Positions 26,501 through 39,332 of a stretch of 64,000 nt of DNA are shown here, one piece after another; within the stretch, counting starts at the first letter, position 1, and each line of letters opens with the position of its first letter. The notes beneath the pieces are model-generated. The model had not been told where the DNA came from. It saw only the letters and a program-made list of their open reading frames with translations, and searched no databases. Source of the stretch: Mobula hypostoma (Eukaryota); NCBI RefSeq assembly GCF_963921235.1, contig NC_086107.1, positions 109,308,001 to 109,372,000 of the forward strand, written 5' to 3'. The translations under genes and the position numbers were made by a program.

Positions 26501-28658
26501 GACCTGCTCTATCCATGCCTTCCAATATTAGTCATATTTCAATGAGATCCTCCCTCATTCTTCTAAACTCCAGCAAGTATACAAAATTCTGAGGGGTATA
26601 GCTAGGGTAAATGCAAGCAGGCTTTTTCCACTGAGGTTGGGTGGGACTACAACCAGAGGTCACGGGTTAAGGGTGAAAGGTGAGAAGTTTAAGTTGACCA
26701 TAAGGGGAAACTTCTTCACTCAGAGGGTGGTGAGAGTGTGGAACGAGCTGCCAGTACGGGTGGTGCACTCGAGCTTGATTTCAATGTTTGAATAGTTTGG
26801 ATAGGTACATGGATGGGGGGGGGGGCGCACGGGTATGGAGAGCTTTGGTTCTGGTGCAGGTTAATGGGAGTAGGCAGTTTAATGATGGGTTTGCCATGGA
26901 CTAGATGGGCCGAATGGTGTATTTCCATGTTGTACTTCTCTCTGACTCTACAGGCCCAGGTTTTCCATCCCCAGGTTTTTTTTTAAAGACTCCAAGGAGG
27001 AGCGAAAGCTTGTCCCTTCAGGATAGTTTATTTGATGTTCAAAGAGAAAAACAGGTACCAAACACATGAAACTAAAGAGAAGAAACTTAAGACAAAGACA
27101 AGATGGCAGTTTTTGCAGAGACTGACACTTTTATACAGAGCCAAGGCAAATTCCTGAGATAAGCAAAAGGCCAATGAAAAGACACACAGTCACAGCAAGT
27201 GTCTCATGTGCCAACCCTTCAAAAGGTGATAAACCGTTTTGTAACTGCTATACCACGTTATCACCAGTAGGTGGAGACAAACACCACAAGTTGTGAAAAC
27301 TATTAAGAATGTTAGTAAACTGCAGTTCCAATTTAAATTATTAATTCAACTAATACCTTTTTGAAAGTATGAAAAAAACTGATTCCAACAATGGAGAATA
27401 CATAGGAACAGACTCAACAATTATCAACAGAACAAGGAGATCAGGGAAGGCCATTTAACGGATGTTGAGCAGGGACATTTAGGGTATTACACCTGAGTGA
27501 GTTTGAGAAGCTGCAGGAAAGAGGCTTCAGAGATGACTTGTAGTCCTGGTGGTGATGGACTTGTAGCATCTCCCCGATGGCAATTTTGTGAATAGGTGAC
27601 TGCTAAGGGTAGAAGCCAGAATAAGAAGGTGAGACCAAGGCTTCTTCCCCCTTCCCTTCCAGTCGTGATGAAGGGTCTCATCCCGAAACGCCAGCTGCTT
27701 ATTCCCCTCCAAAGGTACTGCCTGACTTGCTGAGTTCCTCCAGCATTTTGCCTGTGTTGCTCTGGATTTCCAGCATCCGTAGAACCCCTTGTGTCTTCGA
27801 GACTGGCAAATAATCAATGTGCATAAGACGACAAACTATGCAAATGAAAATAATACTGCAAAGATGTGTTGTAAAGAGTCACTGAGAGTGAGAACGAACT
27901 GTATCTGCTGTAAATACCTATTCCCAGTCCCAATGGAGAGCTGTCAACTTGAAATGTGATTGTTTTCCCCATCCCCAGAAGCTGCCTGCCATGCTAAGAA
28001 TTAATCCCCTCCTTGACCTTGCCTGTATTCACACCCTGGCGTACATGTTTCCACTATCCCTACCAGCCTCTACTTTACCCTTCAGTTCACCTTCTCTTCC
28101 CTTGGGTGGAGCTGCCACCTTTAAGATTTTAAAGAAAAGGTCAATGTTATTGTATGTCAAAACATGCAGCGAACGGTGTCCCAGACTGTACTTGTCCTAA
28201 CCCGTAACCTATGGAATTGCAACGCCGTGCTGGGAGGCAGCCCGCAAGTGTCGCCGTGCTCCTGGCGTTCCCGCGACGGACTAACCCAGACCTGGACATC
28301 TCTTGCAATGCGGGAGGAAACCCACGCGGTCACGCGGAGAACAGCAGCGGGTGTCCGCTGACTGTGTGGACTTCGCATGTCTTCCCGGGGGGGTTTTCCT
28401 CCGGTTTCTTCCGCATTTCAAAGACAGAGAAATTGGTGAGTGACTGTAAATCGCCTCTGTTGTGTAGACGAGTGGCAGTGTCTGGAGGGAAGTTGACAAA
28501 AGCATGGGGAGAATAAGATGGGCGAGGATACACTCGGCATAAAAATGAGTGCATCTCCCTACGCCTGTTATTCACTGTTTAGGTGTGTATCGTTCCGAGG
28601 CTCCTGAAGTCCTACTTGGTACACTGTGACTACCCACTCCCTCCCCGCCATCACCTTG

Positions 28659-29299
28659 CACTCAGTGGCCACTTTATTAGGTACAGGAGTGGAGCCCATT
28701 GTGGTCTTCTGCTGCTGTAGCCCGTCCAAGTTCGACGTGTTGTGCATTTGGAGATGCTCTTCTGCACACCACTGCTGTAACACGTGGTTAATTGAGTGAC
28801 TATTGTCTTGACCCTTGAACTAGTCTGACCTTTCTCCTCTGACCTCTCTCTCCTTAACATTGTTCATTTTCATAGCGCAATACAGCACAGGAACAGGCTG
28901 TTCGGCTCACAATGTCTCGTCCACTGGATTTTTATTTTGCCTGTCATACCATTCTCTGTAAACTCTACTGCAGGGGTTTCCAACCTGCGGTCCCTGGACC
29001 CCTTGCTTAATGGTATTGGTCCATGGTATTAAAAAAAGGTTGGGAACACCTCGCTTTAGAGACTGCTATATGTGAAAATCCCAGGAAATCAGCAGGTTTC
29101 AAGATACTCAGACTGCCCCATCTGCCACCAACTATCATTCCATTGTTAAAGTCACTTAGATCAGATTTCTTCCCCATTCTGATGTTTGGTCTGAACCTCG
29201 TGACCATGTCTGCATGCTTTTCTGTATTGAGTTGCTGCCACATGATTGGCTGATTCGATATTTGCATTAACGAGCAGGTGTACCTAATAAAGTGGTCAC
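28659..29299 (-). mobile_element. Internally deleted Tc1/mariner derivative containing a hAT MITE
   Basis: TIR CACTCAGTGGCCACTTTATTAGGTAC and inverted copy at right end; transposase HTH remnant 'MGKKSDLSDF..GMIVGGR'. Confidence 0.8.
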
Positions 29300-29351
29300 A
29301 CTCCTCCCCTCGGCAACACCTACAATAATTGTCTCTTGCATGTTTCTGCAG

Positions 29352-29428
29352 AAAAAGATGCCGCTGATGGTGTTGTCACAGTGTATGGGAGACAGCTGTA
29401 GAGAGCTGGACAGTGAGTCATACATTCG
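29352..29428 (+). CDS. SH3BP1: SH3BP1-like exon 4 (KKMPLMVLSQCMGDSCRELDSESYI-R)
   Basis: TGCAG acceptor, CG|GTGAGT donor, 77 nt; KKxPLMxLS motif. Confidence 0.93.
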
Positions 29429-30609
29429 GTGAGTCAGAAGCCGTCCGTTAAAGGTGGAAGACTAGACGGGGCCAGGACGAGGGACAGGAATGTTCCAAAC
29501 GTGGCCCACGAGGTGGGGAGAATGACCGGAGGGAAAATAGTTATGGAAATAATATCAAAACGGCTGATTCATTTGAGTCATGTTATTCCCTGTTGGGGTT
29601 GTTAATGAGAGCTGAGGTTTATTACTGTTACATATACCGAGGTACAGTGAAAGTATGTGCTGCCCATACCAATCATTGAGGCAATAACAGAATGCAGAAT
29701 AAAGTGCTACAGTCACAGAGAAAGGGCAGCACAGGTCATCGCAGTAGCAAAACAGAATAAAATAACAGAATGCACTCACTCTTATGACTCAAACATACCC
29801 TATTTTACTTGTGCACAGGGAGAACAGCGTGACCCCTGTCACCCACACTGTTCTGAGTTCTGAACAGAGAACTACTATTTTTATACAGAACTCTCTTATC
29901 AGTTATGGGTATTGATTATTTTAGATTGTGTATGTTTGATTTTCTTACTTGCAAGGTCAGCCGACATTTGCAATAGAGGTGTTCAATTCAATTTAATTTT
30001 AATTGCCATTCAACCATACATGAATACCCATGAATACAAGTGAGAGAGCATTACTCCAGGGTCAAGATACAAAACACAGTACCAGCAGTCACACTCAGCA
30101 CGTATAAGACAGCAAGATATCAGCAAAATACAGCCACACGAAAAATAATAATGCAGGCACTGAGTCAATCGAAACTTTAAGCTGACAACCGACGATATTT
30201 TGAAGTTAGTAAATACAATTGATTGTTTATTGATTGGAACTTTAAGCTGGCAACCTTAGTTGTTGGGTGTAGTTCACATCCTTCCATTATTCCTGCCTCA
30301 TCTGTCTGCAGCTCCCATTACTGTGTAAAGGGAAGCTGTGTTCTTCTCAATGTTTGTCCACAATGCTAAACTCAGTCTCACCTCTCTGCCTGCAGTAAGC
30401 AGATTTGGCTCCAGCAGATTTACTTCAAAGTTCAAAATCCAAAACAAATATATTGTGAAAGTACACATTTGTCACCAAACACAACCCTTATATTCATTCT
30501 CTCGCAGGTTTACACAGCAAATCCAAGAAACATCATAGAATGAATCGATGAAAGACACCTAACCAGTGTGCAAACAACAACTAACTGCAAATACAAAAGA
30601 AAATTAATA

Positions 30610-30931
30610 GACTCAAGGAATTTGAAAAAATCTGGCAACCATTACTGCTGTATTTAGAAGAGACCGACAGCTGAACTCAGAGTGCGGGGGGGGGGGGGGC
30701 GGTAGGACCTAAACAGCACATACGGGAGGGATGAGGGGAGGGGAGGGCTGGGAAGGAGAAAGGAGACGGAGTGATAGGGTTTCCCTTGCTTTTTGCTTGT
30801 TTACTATACATAAATTCATTTGACTTTCATTATGTTGTTGTAAGAAAAAAGAAAAAAGAGAAGCATTGTACTTTAGGACATTTTCGGTTGTGGTTAAGCT
30901 GATGTTGCTTCACAAAAAACATTTGAAAACG
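30610..30931 (+). mobile_element. 5'-truncated L1-like insertion
   Basis: 14-bp TSD AAAGAAAATTAATA (30596-30609 / 30932-30945); 'FEKIWQPLL' resembles L1 ORF2 end. Confidence 0.65.
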
Positions 30932-31177
30932 AAAGAAAATTAATAATAAATAAGCAATAAATATCGAGAACATGAGATGAAGGGTCCTTGAAAGTGAGTC
31001 CATAGGTTGTGGAACAGTTCAGTGATGGAGTAAGTTAAGGTGAGTAAAGTTATCCCCTCTAGTTTATGAGCCTGATGGTTGAGGGGTAGTAACTGTTCCT
31101 GAAGCTGGTGGTGTGAGTCCTGAGGCTCTTGTACCTTCTACCTGATGGCAGCAGCAAGAAGAGAGTATGGCCGAGGC

Positions 31178-31482
31178 CAGTGGGCCCCAAACACCGGACC
31201 GCGGACCGATACATTGCCGCGAAGCGTGCCGGGGTGCAGCGGTAGCCAGGACGCACCCAGCACCTCTTTAAGAAAAAAGCCGAAATAAGCAAGCTAACTA
31301 ATTAGGTGCCGCCCGGCACGTAAACGTCAGCCCAGATCAGAGGCGATTGCCGATTGCGTCACCTAATTAATTAGCTCGTTTATTTCATCTTTTTTCTCAA
31401 AGATGTGCTGGGTGCGTCCCAGCTACCGCTGCATTCTTTGCGGTCCGGTATCGGTCCGTGGCCCGGAGGTTGGAGACCACTG
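31178..31482. mobile_element. hAT/Charlie-like MITE inside a Rex-Babar fragment
   Basis: TIRs CAGTGGGCCCCAA / TTGGAGACCACTG; long internal palindrome; imperfect 8-bp TSD. Confidence 0.7.
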
Positions 31483-32959
31483 GCCTGGGTGGTGGGAGTC
31501 CCTGATGATGGATGCTGCTTTCCTACAACACCACTCCGTGTAGATGTGCTCAATGGTTGGGAGGGCTTTGCCTGTGATGGACTGGGCCGTATCCACTACT
31601 TTTACAGAATTTTCCATACAAGGGCATTGGTGTTTCCACACCAGGCTGTGAGGCAGCCAGTCAATATACTCTCCACCACACGTCTGTAGAAGTTCGTCAA
31701 AGTTTCAGATGTCATACTGAATCTACACAAACTTCTAAGGAAGTCGTGGAGTTGCTATGCTTTCTTCATAAATACACTTGCGTTAAGGACCCAGGACAGA
31801 TCCACTGAAATGATAACACTGAAGAATTTTAGACTGCTGACCCTCTCCACCTCTGATTCCCCGATGAGGACAGGCTCATAGATCTCCAGTTTCCTCCTGC
31901 TGAAGTCAATAATCAGCTCCTGGTTTCCCTTCCCTCAGGGCTCTGGTCACCCTTGCCTGGATGTTGTCTTGAACCCCTGCCTTGCCACACCTTCCACAAA
32001 GTCACATAATAAGCCAAAGGTTTCATGAAACCATTAATTAGTTACAAGTACATTGAAACACGCAGTGAAATGTGTCATTTGCGTCAACGACCAACACTAC
32101 GCTAGGGGCAGTCCACGAGTGTCGTCACGTTTCCAGCACCCACATGGCGTGCCCACAACGCACTGACCATAAACCGCTGTCTGTGGAATGTGGGAGGAAA
32201 CCGGGGCACCCAGAGGAGTCATGGGGAGAACGTGCAAACTCCTCAAAGACAGCGGTGGGAATTGGAATTGAACCTGGATCTTCTGATCACTGGTCCTGGA
32301 AAGCGCTACGATAACCACTCTGCCAGCGGGCTTCCACGATCAACGACAGCCGACCACGCGGTAATGAGCCAAGTGGAACCTCCAGTTCTATCACCAGTCA
32401 ATGCCTGTTTGCACTTTATTTCTGAGGAGACAATGAGAGAATCCACTAAGGTATCTGCTCCTGTTCAAAGTCCAGTGACTGTTCCCGTTGTAGCCGTCAT
32501 CTGCTTGTGGGCAGGTGCTCAGCTTTTGACGGTTCACGTCACGTCTGTTGGCCTCAGCCTTTCAGGGAATCGTCAGTTCCTCCTGGATGGTGTGTCCTAC
32601 CACAACCCACCAGAAGGAGATCTCGGAGGCTCGTTGCTGAATAGGGGTTGCTGTGGTAGTAGAGCGGTTAGCACCACGCTATTACAGCTCAGGATGTTGG
32701 AGTTTGGAGTTCAGTTCCAGCGTCCTCTGTAAGAAAGCTCACACGTTTCTTCCCCTCTGCGCGTGGGTTTCCTCCCACAGTTCAAAGACGTACGGTTTAG
32801 TAGGCGAATCGGTCACGAGAAATTGTCCTGCGATTGGTCCAGGGTTAAAATCGCTGGGGTGCCTGGTCCACACTGAACTTGTAAGTAAATAAATTCAGAG
32901 GTTATCAGGGAAGCCTTGTACTGAGGAGAACTAATGTTTCAATGACCTGGTTGCTGTCT

Positions 32960-33530
32960 GTGCAACACACGCAAAATGCTGGAGGAACTCAGCAGGTCAG
33001 GCAGTATCCGTGGGGGAAAATAGTACAGTCAACCTTTTTGGGCCGAGGCCCTTGGGTAGGACTGGAGAACAACAGGGTGAGGAGTAGATTTAAACGGTGG
33101 GGAAGGGGAGCGAGAAACACAGGGTGACAGGTGAAACCTGAAGGGCGGGGATGAAGGAAAGGGCTGGGAAGTTGATTGGTGAGAGAGACAGAAGGCCATG
33201 GAAGGAAGAAAAGGGGAGGGAGCAAGGAGCACCAGAGGGAGGCGATGGGCAGGAGAGGAGATGAGGTGAGAGAAGGAAAAGGGATGGGAAACCGTGAAGG
33301 TGGGCGGAGTTGGGGGGCATTACCGGAAGTTTGAGAAATCGATGTTCATGCCATCAGGTTGGAGGCTACCCAAACAGGATATAAGCTGTTGTTCCTCCAA
33401 CCTGAGTGTGGCTTGATCACAACAGTAGAGGAGGCCATGGATGGACATATCGGAATAGGATTGGGAAGTGGAATTAAAATGGGTGGCCACTGGGAGGTCC
33501 CTTTTTTCTGGAGGACGGAGCGTAGATGCT
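32960..33530 (-). mobile_element. PLE family 1 fragment
   Basis: ORF 33320..33580 encodes the same GIY-YIG C-terminus; same tail. Confidence 0.75.
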
Positions 33531-33659
33531 CGTCTGGTGGCGTGGAGGGACAACACCTTGTATTCTGTTAACCAGTGCAAAGTGCTTAGTCACCCTAGCT
33601 CGATATATGTCCAAGACTTTTGCACAGTACTGTATATATTTTTTATTTTTATCTATTGG

Positions 33660-33905
33660 AATAGGCCTTTCTAGCCCCTCAAGCCGCGACACCCACCAAT
33701 TTAACCTTAATCACGGGACAATTTACAATGACCCATTAATCTACCAATTGATACGTCTTAGAACTGTGGGAGGAAACCAGAGCACCCGGAGGAAACCCAC
33801 GCGGTCACGGGGAGAACGTACAAACTCCTTACAGACAGCAGTGGGAATTGAACCCGGGTCACTGGTACTGTAGAGCGTTGTGCTAACCACTACGCTAACG
33901 TGCCA
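33660..33905 (-). mobile_element. V-SINE (HE1-like) representative copy; others at ~720, 2918, 10200, 10520, 13945, 18285, 23545, 32180, 32650, 35240, 42180, 43297, 45060, 52400, 60615, 63725
   Basis: Core GGGTTTCCTCCGGGTGCTC(C/T)GGTTTCCTCCCACAG typical of V-SINEs, with tRNA-like head. Confidence 0.75.
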
Positions 33906-34039
33906 CCCGATAATATAATCATAATATATAGTAATTTTTATTGCAATGTATTGCAATACACTGCTGCTGCAATGAAATCATTTAACGACTTATGCTAAAG
34001 GTATTAAACCTGACTCGGATTCTCAATGTTCAGTCCGCT

Positions 34040-34622
34040 TACCACTGGACACACCAGCTGTGTGGTGAAAAGGCACAACAGCGCCTCTTTCACCTCAGAC
34101 GGTTGAGAAAGTTTGGTGTGGGCCCCCAGATCCTAAGAACTTCCTACAGGGGCACAATTGAGAGCATCCTGACTGGCTGCATCACTGCCTGGTATGGGAA
34201 CTGTACTGCCCTCAATCACAGGACTCTGCAGAGAGTGGTGCGGACAGCCCAGTGCATCTGTAGATGGGAACTTCCCACTATTCAGGTTATTTACAAAGAC
34301 AGGTGTGTAAAAAGGGTTTGTAGGATCATTGGGGACCCAAGTCATCCCAACCACAATCTATTCCAGCTGCTACCATCTGGGAAACGGTACCGCAGCATAA
34401 AAGCCAGGACCAACAGGCTCCGGGACAGCTTCTTCCACCAGGCCACCAGACTGATGAACTCATGCTGATTCGAGTGTACTCTGTGTTACATTGACTGTTC
34501 TATTTATTATAAATTACTATGATTGCACATTGCACGTTTAGATGGAGACGTATCGTAAAGATTTTTACTCCTCATGTTTGTGAGGGACGTAAAAAATAAA
34601 GTCAATTCAGTTCAATTCAATT
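34040..34622 (+). mobile_element. Rex1/Babar-type LINE 3' fragment; close relative at 17140-17840
   Basis: 'KAQQRLFHLRRL...IESILTGCITAWYG...HPNHNLFQLLPSGKRYRSIKARTNRLRDSFF'; (AATTC)n tail. Confidence 0.8.
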
Positions 34623-34754
34623 CCCCTAGTAGCCCCACCAGAGAGAGCCATGCCCTGTCTGGGATTGAATTTCTGATGTGATACACCCTGCCTTGCTGGG
34701 CCCAGTGTGTTAGCTGCTCTCTCTGCTTCTCATTCTACCCGGACTCTCCCGCAG

Positions 34755-34866
34755 GAAAATGTTGGAGGTGTGCTGCTACGTGGAAGGTACTTTGGCAAAG
34801 GTGCGCGTTGAACACGAACTCCAGCTGGAGAGAGAAATCCTGGACCCGCTCTTTAAGCTATCCGAG
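34755..34866 (+). CDS. SH3BP1: SH3BP1-like exon 5 (KMLEVCCYVEGTLAKVRVEHELQLEREILDPLFKLSE)
   Basis: GCAG acceptor, GAG|GTGAG donor, 112 nt, in frame. Confidence 0.93.
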
Positions 34867-36173
34867 GTGAGGGAATAAGACAGTCACGGGGCGCGGCCAA
34901 ACATTTTAATTCCCGCTCCCGTCCCGACAGTGTCGAGCTAATTAACGCACCGCGAGCGCTTCAAAAGTGCTGGTCGTACTTGTTCCAGGCTGGTTCAAGT
35001 TCTCGGCAGGCTGCTGTTGCTGTGTGCAGTCATTCTCTGGAACGGCTCCCCTTCTTCCTGTTCTTAACGATGTGTAACTGTCAGTTCCACACACTACCCA
35101 TGGGGGTGGGAGGGTGGAAATGGTTCTATATATAGTCAGTTCACAAGCTATTTGTCCGTGAACTGAATTATCCCTAAGGTGCATTCAAAATTCCCAGGAG
35201 TTAGCTCTGTCTCCTTATGGAGTTGTGTGTAGACCCCTGGACGATGCTGTTCCAGTTCTAGGTATCAGATCTTGAAGTTCAGTTCCAGCGTTCCCTGCAG
35301 CAAGTTTGTACGTTTTTCCTGAGCGCGCGTGTGGGTTTCCTCCGGGTGCTCTGGTTTCCTCCCACAGTCCGAAGATGTACCAGTATGTGGCCGTTGTAAA
35401 TTGTCCCGTGATTGGGCTGGAGGTAAACCGGTGGGTTGCTGGGCGACCCGGCTCAGGAGGCCGGAAGGGCTGTTCCACGCTGTACCTCGAAAGAAAGTAA
35501 AAATAAAATTCCTCGTCGCGGAGTTGGCGGGCACTCGAGCGGAGAGGTCGGGGGCGGTCGCTCTGCTGAGAGGGAGCGAGCTTGTGGTTGCTCCGAGCTG
35601 GGTAGAGGAGCTTTCTGTGACTCTGGGAATCTCGTCCCTCTGTCTCAGGGCCTGGGTCACTTGTAGGTGTGGTTGGGGGCATGTGCTTTGTAGCCACAAT
35701 GCTTGACACTCTATGTCACGTTGAGTGGTCTGTGGTCGCTCTGTACTGAGTGGATCTCTCTGTCTCTCTCCCCACCCCATCCCAGAACTTCATTGACTGG
35801 ATGTCCTCTACAACACATCCTTATGCCAACCCCGCGTCCTTTCCACCCCTCCCCCCACCTTCTCGGCAACGCTAGCCTAACTTGTTTCCGCTCCTTCGCG
35901 TCTCAGACAGAGAATCTTCGACCTGAAGCATTAACTCTCCCCCTCCTTCCGCAGACGCTGCCTGACCCGCTCTGTGTTCGCCTGTTATTGATTACCCATT
36001 CGATTGACGAGCTAGGCAAGCAGGAAGGTCCCTGAGGAGTGTGGGGCAGGGGAGGCCCCGATGGGAGTCGGGGTTGTTGGGAACTTGTGGCCCGGGGCAA
36101 TGAAACCAACGGGGCCAGTCACTTCCTGGAAATACTCCCACCCGACCTAACCTGGCTTTCTCTTGCGAAACAG

Positions 36174-36250
36174 GAGGAGCTGCCCAACATTCTCAAACAC
36201 AAGAAGCAGCTTGCCAAACTGACGCAGGACTGGACAGCAGCAAAGAATCG
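36174..36250 (+). CDS. SH3BP1: SH3BP1-like exon 6 (EELPNILKHKKQLAKLTQDWTAAKN-R)
   Basis: CAG acceptor, CG|GTAAG donor, 77 nt; resembles 'EELPAILKHKKSLQKLVSDW'. Confidence 0.95.
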
Positions 36251-36289
36251 GTAAGATCACGGTTGTGTCCAGCTGAGGGCGGAGCCCAA

Positions 36290-37153
36290 CACTCAGCGAT
36301 TTCCGGTGACTGGTGTACACAGGGTACCTCCTGTATCTAATAAAGTGGCCACTGAGTGTATGCTCATGGTCTTCCGCTGCCCCAGCCCATCCCCTTAAGG
36401 GTTCGACATGTCGTGCGTTCAAAGATGCTCTTCTGCACACCACATGGTGCTTTGAGTTACTGTCGCCCAGTCTGGCTATTCTCCTCTGACCTCTCTCATT
36501 AACAAGGTGTTTTCACCCACAGAACAACCACTCACTGGATGTTTTTTTGTTTTTCTCACCATTCTCTGTTAACTCTAGCGACTGCTGTGCGTGAAAATCC
36601 CAAGATATCAGCAGTTTCTGAGATACTCAAACCACCCCATCTGGCACCAACAATCATCCCATGGTCAAAGTCACTTAGATCACATTTCTCCACCATTCTG
36701 ATGTTTGGTCTAAACAACAACTGAACCTCTTGACCATGTCTGCATGCTTTTATGCATTGAGTTGCTGCCACATGATTGGCTGATTAGATACTTGCATTAA
36801 TGAGCTGAAGTTGAAGGCATCCGTTAGTCTTGCGAGACCATGGATTTGCGCCTGGAAAGTCTTCACTCTCCAGGGCAAGGTTGTATGGAAGACCGGCAGT
36901 TGCCCATGCTGCAAGTCTCCCCTCTCCACGACACTGATGTTGTCCAAGGGAAGGGCATTAGGACCCATACAGCTTGGCACCAGTGTCGTCGCAGGGCAAT
37001 GTGTGATTAAGTGCCTTGCTCAAGGACACAACACGTTGCCTCGGCTGGGGCTCGAATTCACGACCTTCAGATCGCTAGTCCGATGCCTTAACCAGTTGGC
37101 CACGTGCCCACTTTAATGAGCAGGTATACCTAATAAAGATGCCACTGACTGTA
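36290..37153 (-). mobile_element. Tc1 derivative interrupted by a tRNA-SINE
   Basis: ORF 36556..36771 'KCDLSDFDHGMIVGARWGGLSISETADILGFSRT'; TIR-like ends. Confidence 0.8.
36806..37112 (-). mobile_element. Young tRNA-derived SINE (family S, subfamily a)
   Basis: A/B-box head on minus strand; 9-bp TSD TTAATGAGC (36797-36805 / 37113-37121). Confidence 0.85.
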
Positions 37154-37168
37154 ATCATTCCTCTAGGC

Positions 37169-37248
37169 CAGTGGTTCCTAACCTTTCTTATGCCATGGAT
37201 CCCTCCCGTTAATCAAAAGGTCTGTGGACCCCAGGTTAGCAACACCTG
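37169..37248. mobile_element. 80-bp hAT/Charlie-like MITE; other copies 28971-29052 and 56289-56362
   Basis: TIRs CAGTGGTTCCTAACCT / AGGTTAGCAACACCTG; 8-bp TSD CTCTAGGC / CTCTATGC (1 mismatch). Confidence 0.75.
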
Positions 37249-38342
37249 CTCTATGCCATTTCAACCCCCACCATCTAGAAAAATGCACAGTGCAAATGCA
37301 ATACTACACTGCGTTAATCTGAATTAATCTGCCAATTATTTGCCCATTTTGCCAGTTCGTTAAAGTCCTCCTGTAGTTGCGGCAGCTCTATTTCGGGTCA
37401 GCAGCATCTCCCAATTTAGAATTTGTGCTTCTGATTCAGGGTCTAAATTTTCAACCTAGCAGTGCTCTCATTCACAGTCCCTGGGGAATATCTTTCTCCC
37501 TTGTGAAAAGTGACTTTTCCATCCCACGGTCTGTATTTCGACCTCGCTACGATCAGTGCTACTCCCACCGATATTTTGCAAAAGCCCTTTGTGAAATAAC
37601 TTACTGGTGGCCTTTGCTACATCTACATAAACTGCAGTCATTGTCTGCTTTTCTCTGTGGCACTCACAAAAAAAAAGTTGGTCAGACGAGATTTTCAATT
37701 TTCCCAGTCAGTCTAACTAGTCAGCTGGTGGCAGTGTGGGATCAACACTGGACCTTGAAGCAAATGGTCCTGAGTTCAAATCTGGCTGGCTCCTTGCATG
37801 CTTTCCATCTGTGCTGGGTTGAGTGCTGAGCAACTTTATACTTTATTGTCGCCAAACAATTGGTACTAGAACGTACAATCATCACAGCGATATTTGATTC
37901 TGCGCTTCCCACTCCCTGGATTACAAATATTAAATGTTAAAGATATTAAAAATAGTTAAAATTAGTAAATATTAAAAATTTAAATTATAAATCATAAATA
38001 GAAAATAGAAAAATGGGAAGTAAGGTAGTGCAAAAAAACCGAGAGGCAGGTCTGGATATTTGGAGGGTACGGCCCAGATCTGGGTGATTTTAAAAAAAAA
38101 ACGGATGAATCTGTAAAAATGGCACCCGATGTGCTATAAGGTGTGAAGGCAGTTCAGATTTCCTTGAAGTCTACTACTGTGGAAAGCTTGCTACCCTGAT
38201 CTTTTACATCCATATTGGCCTTTCCAAATTTTTATCTGTGGCCAAGTAACAGTTCATTCTGATCCTGATTTTCATGTCTAGCCGGGCGGATGCACACATT
38301 CAAACACGCCACAACTCTGTCTGTGCGTGCGTGCGTGCGTGC

Positions 38343-38390
<48 letters not shown>

Positions 38391-38720
38391 ACACGAACAG
38401 ACATATACAGAAAAACATACAGGGGGCATGCAAAGAGAAGCATAGAGCCTCATGAATACAGGAACACCCTCACAGAGGAGCACAAGTACTCGTGCACGGA
38501 GAACCACCGATACAGTAATACAGGCACGGAGTCACTGGCGCGGAAACACGGGAACAGAGACACTGGCACAGAATCAGAGGAAACAACTTCACAAGCACCG
38601 AATCACAGGCACCAAGACACAAACACACGTGTGCACGCACGCTGGACAGAAGAGAAGTTCATTTCATGCCCCCCCTCCCTCAGTTAAATCACTATTTGAG
38701 CTTTGATCAGGATTATTGCA

Positions 38721-39046
38721 GGCACGTGACCAAGTGGTTAAGGCATCGGTCTAGTGATCTGAAGGTCGTGAGTTCGAGCCCCAGCCGAGGCAGCGTCTTG
38801 CATCTTTGAGTAAGGCACTTAACCACACAGTGCTCTGCGACGACACTGGTGCCAAGCTGTATGGGTCCTAATGCCCTTCCCTTGGACAACATCGGTGTCA
38901 TAGAGAGGGGAGACTTGGCAGCATGGGCAACTGCTGGTCTTCCATACAACCTTGCCCAGGCCTGCGCCCTGGAGAGTGAAGACTTTCCAGGCACAGATCC
39001 ATGGTCTCGTAAGACTAACGGATGCCTTTAATTTAATTTAATTTTA
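38721..39046 (+). mobile_element. tRNA-derived SINE (family S, subfamily a)
   Basis: Head GGCACGTGACCAAGTGG...GAGTTCGAGCC; (TTTAA)n tail; ATTGCA duplicated on both sides. Confidence 0.85.
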
Positions 39047-39214
39047 ATTGCAGGCAGGTTGAGGAATGGAATAACAAGCATATTCCATTTAACGCACTGT
39101 TTACCCCAAGCTTGAGGACCTTTCCCACAGTGAAACGTGTCTGATTACTGATGTGGATACTGGGCCGCATTCCACCCAACCTCAAGCTGCTTGTGGTCAC
39201 TCCCTCTTTCCCAG

Positions 39215-39332
39215 GCTGTCGCAGGCGACAAAGTCAGCCAACGCAGGAGCAGCTGCTCAGTCTCAGATGGCGAAGGTGGACCTCCTCAAGGAAGAGGTGG
39301 AGGAAATCTGGAGAAAAGTCGAGCTATCCAAG
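39215..39332 (+). CDS. SH3BP1: SH3BP1-like exon 7 (LSQATKSANAGAAAQSQMAKVDLLKEEVEEIWRKVELSK)
   Basis: CCAG acceptor, AAG|GTGCG donor, 118 nt; 'RLSQATK' and 'KVxxLKEE' motifs. Confidence 0.94.

Noticed and set aside
26985..27490. LTR-like stretch ending in TTACA
   Set aside because: Matching terminus and TSD not found
32190..32732. 180-aa ORF and similar 100-180 aa ORFs (e.g. 4477, 13144, 35215, 38274)
   Set aside because: Read through SINE/PLE/microsatellite mosaics; not host genes
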